From IMG/VR virus record IMGVR_UViG_2802428968_000003: 64,000 nucleotides of DNA; one strand, given 5' to 3'. Below, piece by piece: positions 16,983 through 27,337 of this stretch (position 1 is its first letter; each line of letters starts with the position of its first letter). The notes beneath the pieces were generated by a model. It saw only the letters and a list, made by a program, of their open reading frames with translations. It was not told where the DNA came from and ran no database searches. A program made the position numbers and the translations under genes. This DNA comes from a virus.

Positions 16983-17273
16983 GAATACAACCGCCCCTTT
17001 CAGCCGACGCTGAACGCGCCCCTGGGCAGATCATTACACACAGATGGTTGCCATGTCGAGAAAACCCCAGCTATTGAGTTAGCCACTTCAGCACGGGCTT
17101 GCATCTCCGCTGGTAGACACAGCATGAAGACCCTCGCGCGGTACCGCGATCTTGGAGCAACATCGACCATGGGACGCCACGTCTCGGTCGGCGGGTCGGC
17201 CAGTGTTCGCCAGATCTTCATATCCTGACCGCGATCTAGCCGTCATGTCGGACTCTCGGCGTAAAACTCGCCC

Positions 17274-17681
17274 ATGGACGCATTCACGGCCATCTGCGAG
17301 GTCATCAACGCAATCCCGGACTTCTTCCGGGAGAAGCGGCTCGTACGCAATGAGGTTAGGCAGGGTTGGAGTGACGAAACGGCGATCTTGTCGCAGGCAG
17401 AGATCGCCGTGAAGGTGGCGCGGGCACTGTTGCACCGCCTCGGCGACAGGGGCTATCAGGTGGTCTGGCTGCCACCGGTCAATGAGGATGAATTCGGCAC
17501 TCGCACGGTGCAAGTACCGCTGTCCTTCCAGCCATGGGCCGACGGCGAAGTACGGCTCAACGAGCACGGTACGGGCGTAGTGATCGCACACGTACCGTCG
17601 CGGCTGCCCATACGGGATGCACCCCAGCTGGCAGCGGCACTGCTGGCAGCGCATCGTGCGACACGCACCAAACCGGAGTAA
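17274..17681 (+). CDS. hypothetical protein (135 aa)
   Basis: More protein-like than the overlapping minus-strand ORF 17088..17654. Confidence 0.4.
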   Translation: MDAFTAICEVINAIPDFFREKRLVRNEVRQGWSDETAILSQAEIAVKVARALLHRLGDRGYQVVWLPPVNEDEFGTRTVQVPLSFQPWADGEVRLNEHGTGVVIAHVPSRLPIRDAPQLAAALLAAHRATRTKPE

Positions 17682-17836
17682 CCGCTACTGACCTGCACAT
17701 ATGGCAAAATGAGTCCCAACATGTCGGTGGGATAACTATGTCCACTGCATGAAAACCCCGGCCTAGCTGGGGTTTTTGTCGTTTCTGGGGCGATGTCCAT
17801 TCCGCCCAACCTCATCCCTTAGCCCGAGGGGGACTC

Positions 17837-17998
17837 ATGAAGCGCACCATTGCCCGCGCGCTGCGCAGCCTTGCGAATCGTCTCGACCCGTCGCGCGGCT
17901 GGACCGTCAAGGTCGAATATGCACATGCCGCGGCCGGGCGAAGCGCTGGTGACGAGTTCAGGCAGCGCATGCAAGCACCTGGAAACCCGTTCCTCTGA
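17837..17998 (+). CDS. small hypothetical protein (54 aa)
   Basis: ATG at 17837 with GAGGGGGAC RBS. Its TGA overlaps the ATG of the next gene (TGATG). Below the 60-aa cutoff of the ORF track. Confidence 0.3.
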   Translation: MKRTIARALRSLANRLDPSRGWTVKVEYAHAAAGRSAGDEFRQRMQAPGNPFL

Positions 17999-18399
17999 TG
18001 GCCAATCAGCTCTTGGTGGATCTGCTCACCCGCACGTTCGCTTCGGGAGCCCTTCAACATCCCGGCGACGCAAACAGTCCCGCACGAGTGATTCCGATTC
18101 CCGGCTTCCGGTCGACCGGTATGCCTGATGATCAGGCGCAAGAAATGATTGGCCAGGCCGCAAAGCTCTGGGCCGAGGCCATCGAGTCGGTCATCGATGG
18201 CGAATTCGACGTACTCACCAAAGCCGATGCGGCACAGCTGCGCCAGGACGCCGCAGAAGCGCCGGACGGCACCCGAATCGTCACGCTGTACGACCGCACC
18301 GACCACCAGCGCGCCACGCCCTTGTTGGTGCTGACGGTCGGCAAGACCGACGACGTGACGATCGATACCCGTCAACTACGAAAGTTCCTAGCCCAATGA
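17998..18399 (+). CDS. hypothetical protein (133 aa)
   Basis: ORF. Coupled to its neighbours. Confidence 0.45.
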   Translation: MANQLLVDLLTRTFASGALQHPGDANSPARVIPIPGFRSTGMPDDQAQEMIGQAAKLWAEAIESVIDGEFDVLTKADAAQLRQDAAEAPDGTRIVTLYDRTDHQRATPLLVLTVGKTDDVTIDTRQLRKFLAQ

Positions 18400-18794
18400 G
18401 CAATATCAAGATCACCGTCGACGGCAAGGTCCTCATGGACACCGACCCGGGTAAGTGGCGTTCCACGCCGCCGGATATCCCCGACCTTAAACGCCAATCC
18501 GGCGGGCAGGGTTGGGGCCTGGCCGTGATGGTCACTCTCGCGCAGGCGGGCACGCTGGCCGAGCTGGGCCAGCCCATTGGGGATACCACGATGACCATCA
18601 CTACCCGCGCCAACGGCTGGACGCTGGATGTGGAGCAGGACGGCAGCGAGCCATCCGTCGCACCCGTCAAGGTCGCGCCAGCGCCTACTGCACCACCAGC
18701 GCACGCCGAGGCCGATGCAAGCGCTGGCCGCCAGGGGTTTACGTCGGATGCGCTGATCATGGATGAGCCCTATGTCGCCGAGGCCCGGCCGTAA
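18396..18794 (+). CDS. hypothetical protein (132 aa)
   Basis: ATGA overlap with the upstream gene. Confidence 0.45.
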   Translation: MSNIKITVDGKVLMDTDPGKWRSTPPDIPDLKRQSGGQGWGLAVMVTLAQAGTLAELGQPIGDTTMTITTRANGWTLDVEQDGSEPSVAPVKVAPAPTAPPAHAEADASAGRQGFTSDALIMDEPYVAEARP

Positions 18795-19164
18795 GGCCAG
18801 CACCACCGATCGCGGTCTGGGCTGGAAACACCAACAGCAAGCCGAAGGGCTGTTGCGCCGTCACGTAGACGGCACCCTGTGCTGGTGGTGTGGCCTACCG
18901 ATGTTCAAAGCGCCCTTGCTGGAGCGCAACTGGGACCGCAAGCAACTGGCCGCAGACCATAGTCAGGCTCGGGCATTCGGCGGACAACGCGCCGATCGCC
19001 TACTGCACGGCATCTGCAACAGCCAGCGCCAGGACGGCAGACATGACGCGCACAGACCTGCGGTGCTCGACGTTCATCCATCCGAATGGTCCGGTGCCCT
19101 TGCGTCACTGGGCATCACCACCGCGCCCGTCATCACTACCGACAACCTGGCGATGGACTGGTGA
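18763..19164 (+). CDS. HNH endonuclease
   Basis: CWWCGLP...ADHSQARAFGGQRADRLLHGICNSQRQ is an HNH motif. Position upstream of the terminase is typical for phage HNH. Confidence 0.6.
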   Translation: MSPMSPRPGRKASTTDRGLGWKHQQQAEGLLRRHVDGTLCWWCGLPMFKAPLLERNWDRKQLAADHSQARAFGGQRADRLLHGICNSQRQDGRHDAHRPAVLDVHPSEWSGALASLGITTAPVITTDNLAMDW

Positions 19165-19613
19165 CGCTCTACCTGGTGACCGGCCCGCCTGCGGCCGGCA
19201 AGTCCACATGGGTACGACAGCACGCCAAGCATGGCGACATCACGATCGACTACGACGCCATCGCTTCGGTGCTCACGCCCGCGGGTGGAGATCCACACGA
19301 CCCGCCGCAGCACATCCGCTCGGTCACCAAGGCCGCGCGGCTGGCCGCGATCGATACGGCGCTGACGTTCGCGGACCAGTGCGATGTGTACCTGATCCAC
19401 TCCATGCCCGGGGAGGGCCTGCTCGCGCGTTACCGATCCGCTGGCGCGCAGGTCATCACCATCGACCCTGGTCAGAGCGTGGTCATGGCCCGATGCAAAG
19501 CCGAACGACCGTGGCGCATGGCGCAGGCAGCAAAGCGGTGGTACGCCGACCAGTCGCACAGCAAACATCCCGACCCTGTCAGCAAACACGACGGAGGTGT
19601 GATGTCGTGGTGA
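19161..19613 (+). CDS. P-loop NTPase / polynucleotide kinase-like protein
   Basis: GTGA start overlap. Walker A GPPAAGKST. Confidence 0.55.
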   Translation: MTLYLVTGPPAAGKSTWVRQHAKHGDITIDYDAIASVLTPAGGDPHDPPQHIRSVTKAARLAAIDTALTFADQCDVYLIHSMPGEGLLARYRSAGAQVITIDPGQSVVMARCKAERPWRMAQAAKRWYADQSHSKHPDPVSKHDGGVMSW

Positions 19614-19718
19614 TCGCCAACCGATGGGCCGAAAGGCCCCTGACCAGCACCGATACACACGCCCAAAAGCGCCATAACCGCAGGTCAAAGCCCCTCCCCC
19701 TGAAATTATCCAGGTGGG

Positions 19719-19758
19719 GGGCCTTCCTGACCCCCGGAGGCTCCCGTCAGGTTTTTTT
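19719..19758 (+). terminator. hairpin CCTGAC(N14)GTCAGG followed by T8
   Basis: ttcctgacccccggaggctcccgtcaggtttttttt read directly. Lies just upstream of the terminase genes. Confidence 0.5.
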
Positions 19759-19773
19759 TGAACGCGGTGAGCG

Positions 19774-20175
19774 ATGACAGCAGCCACGAAACCGGCAAAG
19801 GCCACCGCTAACTCAGCAAAGACTTCAGCTAAGCGGGCAACGCGTCGGCAACCGGCCTCCGAGAAGACCGTCGGCCAGCGACTCATCGAAGAGTTGTCAC
19901 AACCCGACGACCCCTACCCCTTACGGCTCATCATCGAGCAGGCCGGATACGCCGCCGACTACCTCGCCCGGCTCAACGCTCTACTGGACGGCGACCGCGA
20001 CTGCTGGCTACAGCTCAAGATCGGCGCCAAGACCGTCGAAGTGGTGGTTAACAACGTGCTGGTGCAGCAGCGCCAGCAGGCCGAGCAGATGCGCAAGCTG
20101 ATCACCGAGGTCTATCGCCAGCGCGCCGCACTGCCGGATGATCCCGATGACGACGACGTGCTCGCCGGTATCTGA
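19774..20175 (+). CDS. putative terminase small subunit
   Basis: Small basic N-terminus, sits immediately upstream of TerL. Called by position only. Confidence 0.35.
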   Translation: MTAATKPAKATANSAKTSAKRATRRQPASEKTVGQRLIEELSQPDDPYPLRLIIEQAGYAADYLARLNALLDGDRDCWLQLKIGAKTVEVVVNNVLVQQRQQAEQMRKLITEVYRQRAALPDDPDDDDVLAGI

Positions 20176-21736
20176 CCTGGCACCGCGTGAGTGGCCAGAG
20201 TTCATCGGCTTGTGGCCACGCCTGAAGGGCAGTCAGACACCACGATTCGAGTCCCGACACCCCGGCGATGAATCATGGGGCGACCGGGCGGCGCGCTTGG
20301 GATCGCGAATTGGCGTGCGCTGCATGCCCTGGCAGTGGCTCACCTTACGCGCGGTGCTCTCGCTACAGGAGCCCAACGAGTGGGGCGATCGCGTCTGGAC
20401 GCACCGCGACGTGTGCATCGAGTGCCCACGTCAGAACGGCAAGACCCTGATCGTGGTGCTACGCATCATCTTCGGGATGCTGGTGCTCGGGGAGAAAATC
20501 GCCTACACCGCCCAGGAATGGGAGACGGCCAAGGACGTATTCGGCCGCTGCGTCGATGTCATCGACCGCATCCCGTCTCTCAAGAAACGCCTACGCTCCG
20601 AGCCAACTTCGGCGGGCAACCGCGGGCTGATCAAGCTCGGCAACGGCGAGGCCAAGTTCGGGCCGCGCACCGCCAAGTTCGGTCGCGGTCTTACCGAAGT
20701 GGATCTGCTGATACTCGACGAGGCCTACGACCTCACCGCGCAAGCCGAAGCGAGCTTGACCGGCGCGACCCGCGCCTCGACCAAGGCGACCGGGCCGCAG
20801 ATCTGGTACGTCTCAACACCTCCGGTGGCCTCGGTACACCCCAACTGCCAGATCCTCACCGGGATGCACAACCTGGGCCACAAGCGGTCCCCGGATCTGT
20901 ACTACGCCCTATATGCGGTACCCGAGGGCACCGAGCTCGGCGATATCGACGCATACCGCCTGGCGCACCCCTCCCTGGGTGTCGTCGGCGATGAGCACGA
21001 GCTCGAAGCCAAACGGCGCAAGGCCCGCACCGCCGAACAGCGGGCGATCTTCACCGCCGACTACCTCGGGATCGGCGACTACCCGCCCGACGAGGACGAG
21101 GTTGGCTCGCCGATCCCGAACTGGAGCGACATGGCGAACGCCGACGCGAAGCTCACGGGAGCCCGCACCATCGCGGTGCGGCGATCCTGGAACCGTCAGG
21201 TGTGGTCAATCAGCGCCGCGCAGATGGCCGAAGACGGCAACATCCATGTCGAGGTGGCACCGCTGCGCACCGGTACGCACTCCGAGATCGCCGAGTATCT
21301 GGTCGCCAAGGTCACCGCGTGGAATCCGGTGGCGCTGGTGATCGACCGTAAGAACACCGCGCAGGTACTTGAACCGCTGCTCATCGCCGCCGGTATCGAG
21401 CCGCTGATGATCGGCACGTCCGAGATCGCGCAGTCCTGTAGCGGTTTCCTGGCAGACGCCGATGCCGTCAAGTTGTCGCACAGCGATCAAACAGTGCTCA
21501 ACGACGAGGTGGCCACCGCCAGCATGCGCGAGCTGCCGGGCGGCGATTTCGTCTGGGCCGAGGAACCCAACGGCGCAGGCATGCCGCTGATGAACGTGTC
21601 CATGGCGCACTGGGCCCTTCGCAAGTACGGAACCAAGGCGCCCGCCAAGACCGTCAGCGCCCGCACCGGGGCCGCACGAGAGCACCAAACACACCGGCAT
21701 AGCGCCGATTTCGACGCGATGAGCGCCGCATTCTGA
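20138..21736 (+). CDS. terminase large subunit (start may be a downstream ATG such as 20323)
   Basis: Size 532 aa, typical TerL composition, followed by portal. The ATPase and nuclease halves are inferred from size and position. Confidence 0.65.
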   Translation: MIPMTTTCSPVSDLAPREWPEFIGLWPRLKGSQTPRFESRHPGDESWGDRAARLGSRIGVRCMPWQWLTLRAVLSLQEPNEWGDRVWTHRDVCIECPRQNGKTLIVVLRIIFGMLVLGEKIAYTAQEWETAKDVFGRCVDVIDRIPSLKKRLRSEPTSAGNRGLIKLGNGEAKFGPRTAKFGRGLTEVDLLILDEAYDLTAQAEASLTGATRASTKATGPQIWYVSTPPVASVHPNCQILTGMHNLGHKRSPDLYYALYAVPEGTELGDIDAYRLAHPSLGVVGDEHELEAKRRKARTAEQRAIFTADYLGIGDYPPDEDEVGSPIPNWSDMANADAKLTGARTIAVRRSWNRQVWSISAAQMAEDGNIHVEVAPLRTGTHSEIAEYLVAKVTAWNPVALVIDRKNTAQVLEPLLIAAGIEPLMIGTSEIAQSCSGFLADADAVKLSHSDQTVLNDEVATASMRELPGGDFVWAEEPNGAGMPLMNVSMAHWALRKYGTKAPAKTVSARTGAAREHQTHRHSADFDAMSAAF

Positions 21737-21750
21737 GAAAGGGGGCGAGC

Positions 21751-23199
21751 ATGGCCGATCAGCAGGCACCGAAGAAGACCGCCGCCCCGCGTACCGAACA
21801 GGGGTACGTGCTCAGCTCGGCCGGCGCGACCGGCTGGGGTGGACCTATCGATCAGTTCGAGCAGACTGCCGACCTGATTTGGCCGCTGTCGGTGTGGACC
21901 TACACGCGCATGGTCCGCGAGGACGCCCGAATCTCGTCGGTGCTGCGGGCAATTGGGCTGCCCATTCGCCGCACCGCGTGGCGTATCCGGCAGAACGGCG
22001 CCAGCGATGAGGTCACCGAATTCATCGCCCGCAATCTGGGTCTGCCCATCGAGGGTGCCGCCGACGAGGACGAACCCCAGGCGCGGTCCCGTGGCCGGTT
22101 CTCCTGGGACAAACACTTGCAGCAGGCCCTTATGGCATTGCGGTACGGGCACTCGGTATTTGAGCAGGTCTACCGTCTCGAAGGCGAGGGCGCCAACGTA
22201 CGCGCCGTGCTGCGCAAGCTCGCCCCGCGTCCCCAGGTGACCATCGCCAAGTGGAACGTCGACCGCGACGGCGGTCTGATCTCGATCGAGCAACACCCCT
22301 CCAGCGGGTTCACCATGACATCGAGCGGAGTGGCGATACCCGCTGGCGGGCCGCTGGATTCGACCATTCCCATCAACCGGCTGGTCGTGTATGCGTACGA
22401 GCCCGATCCGGGTGTGTGGATCGGCAACAGCCTGCTGCGGCCTGCCTACAAGCACTGGAAGCTCAAAGACGAGCTGATGCGCATCGAGGCCGCCGCAGCA
22501 CGCCGCCATGGCATCGGCGTCCCGTGGATCAAGGGCAACGAGAACGACTCTCAGGACGAAGAGCGCATGGACGCGCTGCTCGATGTCGCCTCTAAGTACA
22601 GCGGTGGCGAGTCGTCCGGCCTGGCCCTGGCTGAGGGCCAAGAGGCCGGGATCATGTCGCCATCGGGCACCCCGATGGACCCGCGCCGTGCGATCGAGTA
22701 CCACGACCACCAGATGGCCCTGGTTGCGTTGGCGCACTTCCTGAATCTGGATGGCAAGGGCGGCTCGTACGCGCTGGCCAGTGTGCAAGCCGACACGTTC
22801 GTGCAGTCGGTCCAGACGGTCGCCGAAGACATCCGCAACACCGCACAGGCGCACATCGTCGAGGATCTGGTCGACCTCAATTTCGGCGAGGACGAACCGG
22901 CGCCGCTGCTGGTGTTCGATGAGATCGGTTCGCGCCAGGACGCTACCGCCGCGGCACTGCAAATGCTGGTCAACGCAGGACTGTTGACACCCGACGCCCG
23001 TCTTGAGGCCTTCATCCGCTCGGCCACTGGCCTACCCGGTCCCGATCCCAACGCGCCCGAGGCCGAACCGGAGCCCGACGACGAATCCGCCGCCGCGCCC
23101 CGCAACAGCGGAGGGCCGGTGCGTGTGCGCACCCATACCCGAGCGCGCCCCGGTGGCGCCAGCACGGCCACGAGGAACGGAGACCCGACGCTGTGGTGA
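21751..23199 (+). CDS. portal protein
   Basis: 482 aa, acidic C-terminus, canonical position between TerL and protease. Confidence 0.65.
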   Translation: MADQQAPKKTAAPRTEQGYVLSSAGATGWGGPIDQFEQTADLIWPLSVWTYTRMVREDARISSVLRAIGLPIRRTAWRIRQNGASDEVTEFIARNLGLPIEGAADEDEPQARSRGRFSWDKHLQQALMALRYGHSVFEQVYRLEGEGANVRAVLRKLAPRPQVTIAKWNVDRDGGLISIEQHPSSGFTMTSSGVAIPAGGPLDSTIPINRLVVYAYEPDPGVWIGNSLLRPAYKHWKLKDELMRIEAAAARRHGIGVPWIKGNENDSQDEERMDALLDVASKYSGGESSGLALAEGQEAGIMSPSGTPMDPRRAIEYHDHQMALVALAHFLNLDGKGGSYALASVQADTFVQSVQTVAEDIRNTAQAHIVEDLVDLNFGEDEPAPLLVFDEIGSRQDATAAALQMLVNAGLLTPDARLEAFIRSATGLPGPDPNAPEAEPEPDDESAAAPRNSGGPVRVRTHTRARPGGASTATRNGDPTLW

Positions 23200-24446
23200 C
23201 CAAGAATCGCACGGCGGGCCAACGCCCCCCGTGGTACAGCATCCGCAATGCCGCCAAGACCGATGACGGCCCGGCCGAGCTGCTGATCTACGACGAAATC
23301 GATTCGTGGTACGGCATTTCCGCCGAACAGTTCGCCCGCGACCTGAGCGCGATCGACAACGATGCCATCACGGTGCGCATCAACAGCCCCGGCGGCTCGG
23401 TGTTCGACGGCATCGCCATTCTCAACGCGCTACGTGATCACCCCGCCACGGTGACCGTCGTGGTCGACAGCCTCGCGGCCTCGATCGCCTCGGTGATCGC
23501 GATGGCCGGCGATGAGATCGTGATGAACCGCAACAGCCAGATGATGGTGCACAACGCCTGGGCGGCGTGCGTCGGAGATGCCCGCGCCATGGAGAAGAGC
23601 GCGGCGCGACTGGCCCAGCACAACAGCAACATTGCGCAGATCTACGCCGACCGGGCAGGGGGCACCGTCGAGGACTGGCTCGACGTGATGGCTGAGGAAA
23701 CCTGGCTGCTCGCCGACGAAGCGGTCGAGGCCGGTTTGGCCGATCGTGTCGTCGAGCTACCCGAGCCTGACTCCAAGTCGGCCGCCGCGCGTGCATCGGT
23801 GTTCGATCTGTCGGCGTTCCGCTATGCCGGACGCCAGTCCGCGCCTGCGCCACGAATTCCGCTGGTGCACAACAAGACCCCTCGGCCCGAGAAGGGCGAG
23901 GTCAACAGAGGAAAGGAGCCCATTGTGGCAACCCTGAATGAGGGCCTCGCCAAGCTGCTCGGTATCGATGCCGACGCCGACGACGAGACCATTTTGTCTG
24001 CTGCCGCCGAAGCGCTCGAAGAGCGTGCTGACGACGGCCAGGAGAGTGACGAAACCCCGCCCGCTGCACCGACTTTGGAGCAGGCCACGGCGGCGCTCGC
24101 CAAGGCCGGTATGACGGTCGTCGAGCGGGCCCAGTACGAGGCCACCGTCGCGGCCGCGCAGGCGGGTGCCGAGGCGCGCGCACAGCAGTTGCGCGAGGGT
24201 GACGAGCGTGTGGTCGATCAGGCCATCGCTGATGGCAAGGTCGCCCCGGCGCGTCGCGAGCACCACTTGCAGGCGCTCGCCGCCGACCGCGAGGGCCACA
24301 CCGCCGTGCTGGCCGCGCTGGCACCCGGGGTGGTCCCTCTCGCCGAGACGGGGCATTCGACGCAGCCCGCAGACGGTCCGGTGCCCAATGACCTGAGCTG
24401 GTTTGACTCCGCGCCCACCGCGCCGAGTTCGGAAGGGAAGGAATAG
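23193..24446 (+). CDS. prohead protease (ClpP/S14-like) fused to scaffolding domain
   Basis: VRINSPGGSVFDGIAILNALRDH...DSLAASIASVIAMAGDEIVM is a ClpP-like Ser-protease core. Ala/Glu-rich helical C-terminus. Confidence 0.7.
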   Translation: MVTKNRTAGQRPPWYSIRNAAKTDDGPAELLIYDEIDSWYGISAEQFARDLSAIDNDAITVRINSPGGSVFDGIAILNALRDHPATVTVVVDSLAASIASVIAMAGDEIVMNRNSQMMVHNAWAACVGDARAMEKSAARLAQHNSNIAQIYADRAGGTVEDWLDVMAEETWLLADEAVEAGLADRVVELPEPDSKSAAARASVFDLSAFRYAGRQSAPAPRIPLVHNKTPRPEKGEVNRGKEPIVATLNEGLAKLLGIDADADDETILSAAAEALEERADDGQESDETPPAAPTLEQATAALAKAGMTVVERAQYEATVAAAQAGAEARAQQLREGDERVVDQAIADGKVAPARREHHLQALAADREGHTAVLAALAPGVVPLAETGHSTQPADGPVPNDLSWFDSAPTAPSSEGKE

Positions 24447-24449
24447 ATC

Positions 24450-24827
24450 ATGACCAACGAGAACGTGGGCGTCTACGAGCCCGGCCGCGATATCACCGGC
24501 CGCGCCACAGCTGCCGTCACCGGTAAGCGGTTCCTCAAGATCAGCGGCAACCGCACCGCCACCGGCAACATCGCCGTGGCGCCTGCTGATGCGGCGGGCC
24601 GGGTGTGCGGCGTCTCCAAGTACGACGCGGCCAGCGGCGACATTGTTGGTGTGGCGCGGGGCAATTCGCGTGTCACCTACGTGACCGCCGACGGCGCGCT
24701 CGCCGCATTCGATGAGGTCGAGGTCGGCACGGCCGGCAAGGCCAAGAAGTTCGCCAGCGGCGTCGCCGTTGGCTACGCACTGTCCGCGGCCACCGATGGC
24801 GCCGACGCCGAGATCAGCCTCTACTAG
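24450..24827 (+). CDS. DUF2190-like small capsid-associated protein
   Basis: 125 aa, Gly/Ala-rich, lies between protease and major capsid. Family assignment from memory. Confidence 0.4.
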   Translation: MTNENVGVYEPGRDITGRATAAVTGKRFLKISGNRTATGNIAVAPADAAGRVCGVSKYDAASGDIVGVARGNSRVTYVTADGALAAFDEVEVGTAGKAKKFASGVAVGYALSAATDGADAEISLY

Positions 24828-24843
24828 GAAAGGGCTACCCACC

Positions 24844-25755
24844 ATGACAACATCTCCCGTCGCGTACCCGCTGGGTGCGCCGGTCATCAATGACAACAAG
24901 ATCTCGGTCGACCTGGCATATAAGCAGCCCGGCCGGATCACCAAGCGGCTCTCGGACCTGACGCTGCAGAAGTTCATTGCCCCGGAACTGTTTTCGTCCT
25001 CGGGGGCGAGCACCACCGCCGGGGCGATCATCTACGACGTGATCCGCATCAACGAGCTGTACACCAAGAACGATGTGGAACAGCGCGGCCCGTCCGATGA
25101 GTACACGATCGTGCAGGGTGAGCGCACGCAGCCCGAGGTCGCCAAGTCCGAGGACTGGGGTGGCAAGTTCTGGATGTCCGATGAGGCGATCCGGCGCAAC
25201 GACCGCGCCCAGATGGACCGCCTGACCACACAGCTGGCGAACACGCTGGTGCGCAAGATCAATCAGCGCACCGTGGCCGTGCTGGAGGCCGTGATCGCCA
25301 GTCTCGGCGGCGCGGGTGTCATCCCCGGACACGACTGGGGCAACGTCACCCTGACCGGCAACAACCCGACCCCGAACAACGCCCGGCCATTCGCCGACAT
25401 CATCGCCGCGCAGCTGGCCGCCGATGTCGAGGAATTGGGCTACGTCTACAACGTGTGGGTCGTCAACCCCGTGCAGTACGCGGACCTGCGCATCGCCTAC
25501 GGACCGGACTTGCCGCAGATCCTGGCCGACGCCGATATCTCGATGTTCCGGTCCAACCGCGTCGCCAATGGCAGCGCCTACGCGGGTGTACGCGGCGGTG
25601 TCGGGTTCCTGGACTACGAGCAGATGCTCTCGACCGAGACCTGGCGCGAGCCCAAGACCAAGCAGAACTGGGTCCAGTCTTCGGTGCTGCCGATCATGGG
25701 CGTCACTGACCCGTACGCGGTCAAGAAGGTGACCGGATTGAAGGGCGCCCCGTAA
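24844..25755 (+). CDS. major capsid protein (HK97 fold)
   Basis: ATG at 24844 with GGAAAGGG RBS. 303 aa. Follows the protease and DUF2190-like gene. Confidence 0.65.
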   Translation: MTTSPVAYPLGAPVINDNKISVDLAYKQPGRITKRLSDLTLQKFIAPELFSSSGASTTAGAIIYDVIRINELYTKNDVEQRGPSDEYTIVQGERTQPEVAKSEDWGGKFWMSDEAIRRNDRAQMDRLTTQLANTLVRKINQRTVAVLEAVIASLGGAGVIPGHDWGNVTLTGNNPTPNNARPFADIIAAQLAADVEELGYVYNVWVVNPVQYADLRIAYGPDLPQILADADISMFRSNRVANGSAYAGVRGGVGFLDYEQMLSTETWREPKTKQNWVQSSVLPIMGVTDPYAVKKVTGLKGAP

Positions 25756-26204
25756 TGCCCGAGGTCACAGAACATCGGGTGACTGCGGCGACATGGGAAT
25801 ACCTCACGCCCGCAGGCACTCGGCGGCGCGCGTTTTTCGGCGAGCTCGTCACGCTCACCGACGAAGAGGTCCAGCGCGGCCTCGCCGTCGGTGCACTCGG
25901 CGCCCAGCTGCCGGCCGAATCGACCGATCCCGAAAGCGACTCGGCCGAGGCGGATGCCACCGATGACGGCGACACCGACAGCGGCGACGGTGGGGATGGC
26001 GATCCCAGCTCCACCGCAGGCGATTCCGGGAGCCCGAGCCAGACCACCGGTACCGAAGGTGATGCGCCCCGTAAGAAGCCGCTCAAGGCCGCGACCAAGG
26101 CCGTCCTGGTCGACTGGCTGATGGCCAACGGCACGTATGACCGTGACGAGCTGGAGGCACAGGAGAAGGACGACCTGTGGGCGCTGATCGAGGCCACGGA
26201 CTAG
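25755..26204 (+). CDS. hypothetical acidic protein (Asp/Gly/Ser-rich)
   Basis: ORF. TAATG coupling to the capsid gene. Confidence 0.45.
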   Translation: MPEVTEHRVTAATWEYLTPAGTRRRAFFGELVTLTDEEVQRGLAVGALGAQLPAESTDPESDSAEADATDDGDTDSGDGGDGDPSSTAGDSGSPSQTTGTEGDAPRKKPLKAATKAVLVDWLMANGTYDRDELEAQEKDDLWALIEATD

Positions 26205-26208
26205 TTTC

Positions 26209-26571
26209 GTGACCGACTTCCTTGACGTAGAGGCGTTCGCCGCCAGGTTCCGGCCGCTGTCGGCAGCTGAGAAACTGGTGGCGGCGCCTCTACTGACGGT
26301 CGTCTCCGATTGGATACGCGACAAGAAACCGGCCATTGCCGACGATGATCCGGCGGCCAAGGTGGTCACATTCGAGGTCACCCGAGACGCGCTGATGTAT
26401 GGCGAGTTCGGCCCGGTCTCATCGTTCACCAAGACGGTGGGTCATCGCACCAAACAGGCTGCGATCGATCGTGAAGCCGTCGAGAAGTTCATCGCACGCC
26501 GCCACTACCGCATGCTCGGCCTGGCGCTACAGGCCAAGGCGCGCGGCCACTTCCCCAGGGGTGACTACTGA
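26209..26571 (+). CDS. head-tail connector/adaptor protein
   Basis: 120 aa, position after the capsid. Confidence 0.4.
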   Translation: MTDFLDVEAFAARFRPLSAAEKLVAAPLLTVVSDWIRDKKPAIADDDPAAKVVTFEVTRDALMYGEFGPVSSFTKTVGHRTKQAAIDREAVEKFIARRHYRMLGLALQAKARGHFPRGDY

Positions 26572-26978
26572 TGGACACCCTGGGCGGGCAGCGGGTCGCG
26601 ATCGTGTGGGATGTGCCGGTGCTCGACGGGCAGGGCGACCCGATCTTGGACGAGTACCGCAAGCCGCAAGTCACCGAACGCGTTGTGTGGGTCGATAACT
26701 GCCTGTTCGAGGTGCAGTCGACGGCCGAGGACAACCAGGCCATCACCACCACAACCACTGAGCAATCGTGGGCGTTCCTGCCGGTCATCGATGGTCACAT
26801 ACCTGCTGTTGACGGCAGTGGTGCCGCCGCGCCGGTCGCGGTCGCCGACATCCGATCGGCGCACCGGATTCGCCACCTGGACCGCGATCACAGCATGGTC
26901 GGTGACGCGGTGCTCGAATTCGACCTCGACGGCCGCGAAGATCATGTGTTCTGTACCTGCCAGCGCAGGGTCGGCTGA
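26571..26978 (+). CDS. head closure protein
   Basis: 135 aa, position. Confidence 0.4.
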   Translation: MDTLGGQRVAIVWDVPVLDGQGDPILDEYRKPQVTERVVWVDNCLFEVQSTAEDNQAITTTTTEQSWAFLPVIDGHIPAVDGSGAAAPVAVADIRSAHRIRHLDRDHSMVGDAVLEFDLDGREDHVFCTCQRRVG

Positions 26979-27337
26979 TGGCCGCAGATCGCAGACCCAA
27001 CCCACTGGTCGCGTTGGGTGTGCCGCAGTCCGAGATCGACAAGGCGATCCACATCTCGGCGCAAGCCAAAGCCGAGAAGGCGCGCGTCGGCAAGGAGATG
27101 GCCGCACACGCCAAGTCCATCTCGCCGGTCGATCACGGCGACTACGGCGCGGCGTGGAAAGTGCAGCAGGGCAAGGGCCGTGACGATGACACCAAGGTCA
27201 TCAACGACAACTTCAAAGCCCACTGGATCGAGGACGGCACCGGGGGCACCAGCCCGACACCGGAGTTCGCCGTCGCGGCCCGCACCGCCATCGCGTTCGG
27301 CGGCACCGCCGCCGATGTCATCAACAGGCCCGACTGA
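26978..27337 (+). CDS. HK97 gp10-like head-tail joining protein
   Basis: 119 aa, position. Confidence 0.4.
   Translation: MAADRRPNPLVALGVPQSEIDKAIHISAQAKAEKARVGKEMAAHAKSISPVDHGDYGAAWKVQQGKGRDDDTKVINDNFKAHWIEDGTGGTSPTPEFAVAARTAIAFGGTAADVINRPD

Noticed and set aside
17088-17654. 188-aa minus-strand ORF
   Set aside because: Cys/Arg-rich and poorly protein-like. It is antisense to the more plausible plus-strand gene 17274..17681.
24712-24843. N-terminal extension of the capsid ORF (start at 24712)
   Set aside because: It overlaps the upstream DUF2190-like gene and is Arg/Pro/Ser-rich. The ATG at 24844 with a GGAAAGGG RBS is the credible start.
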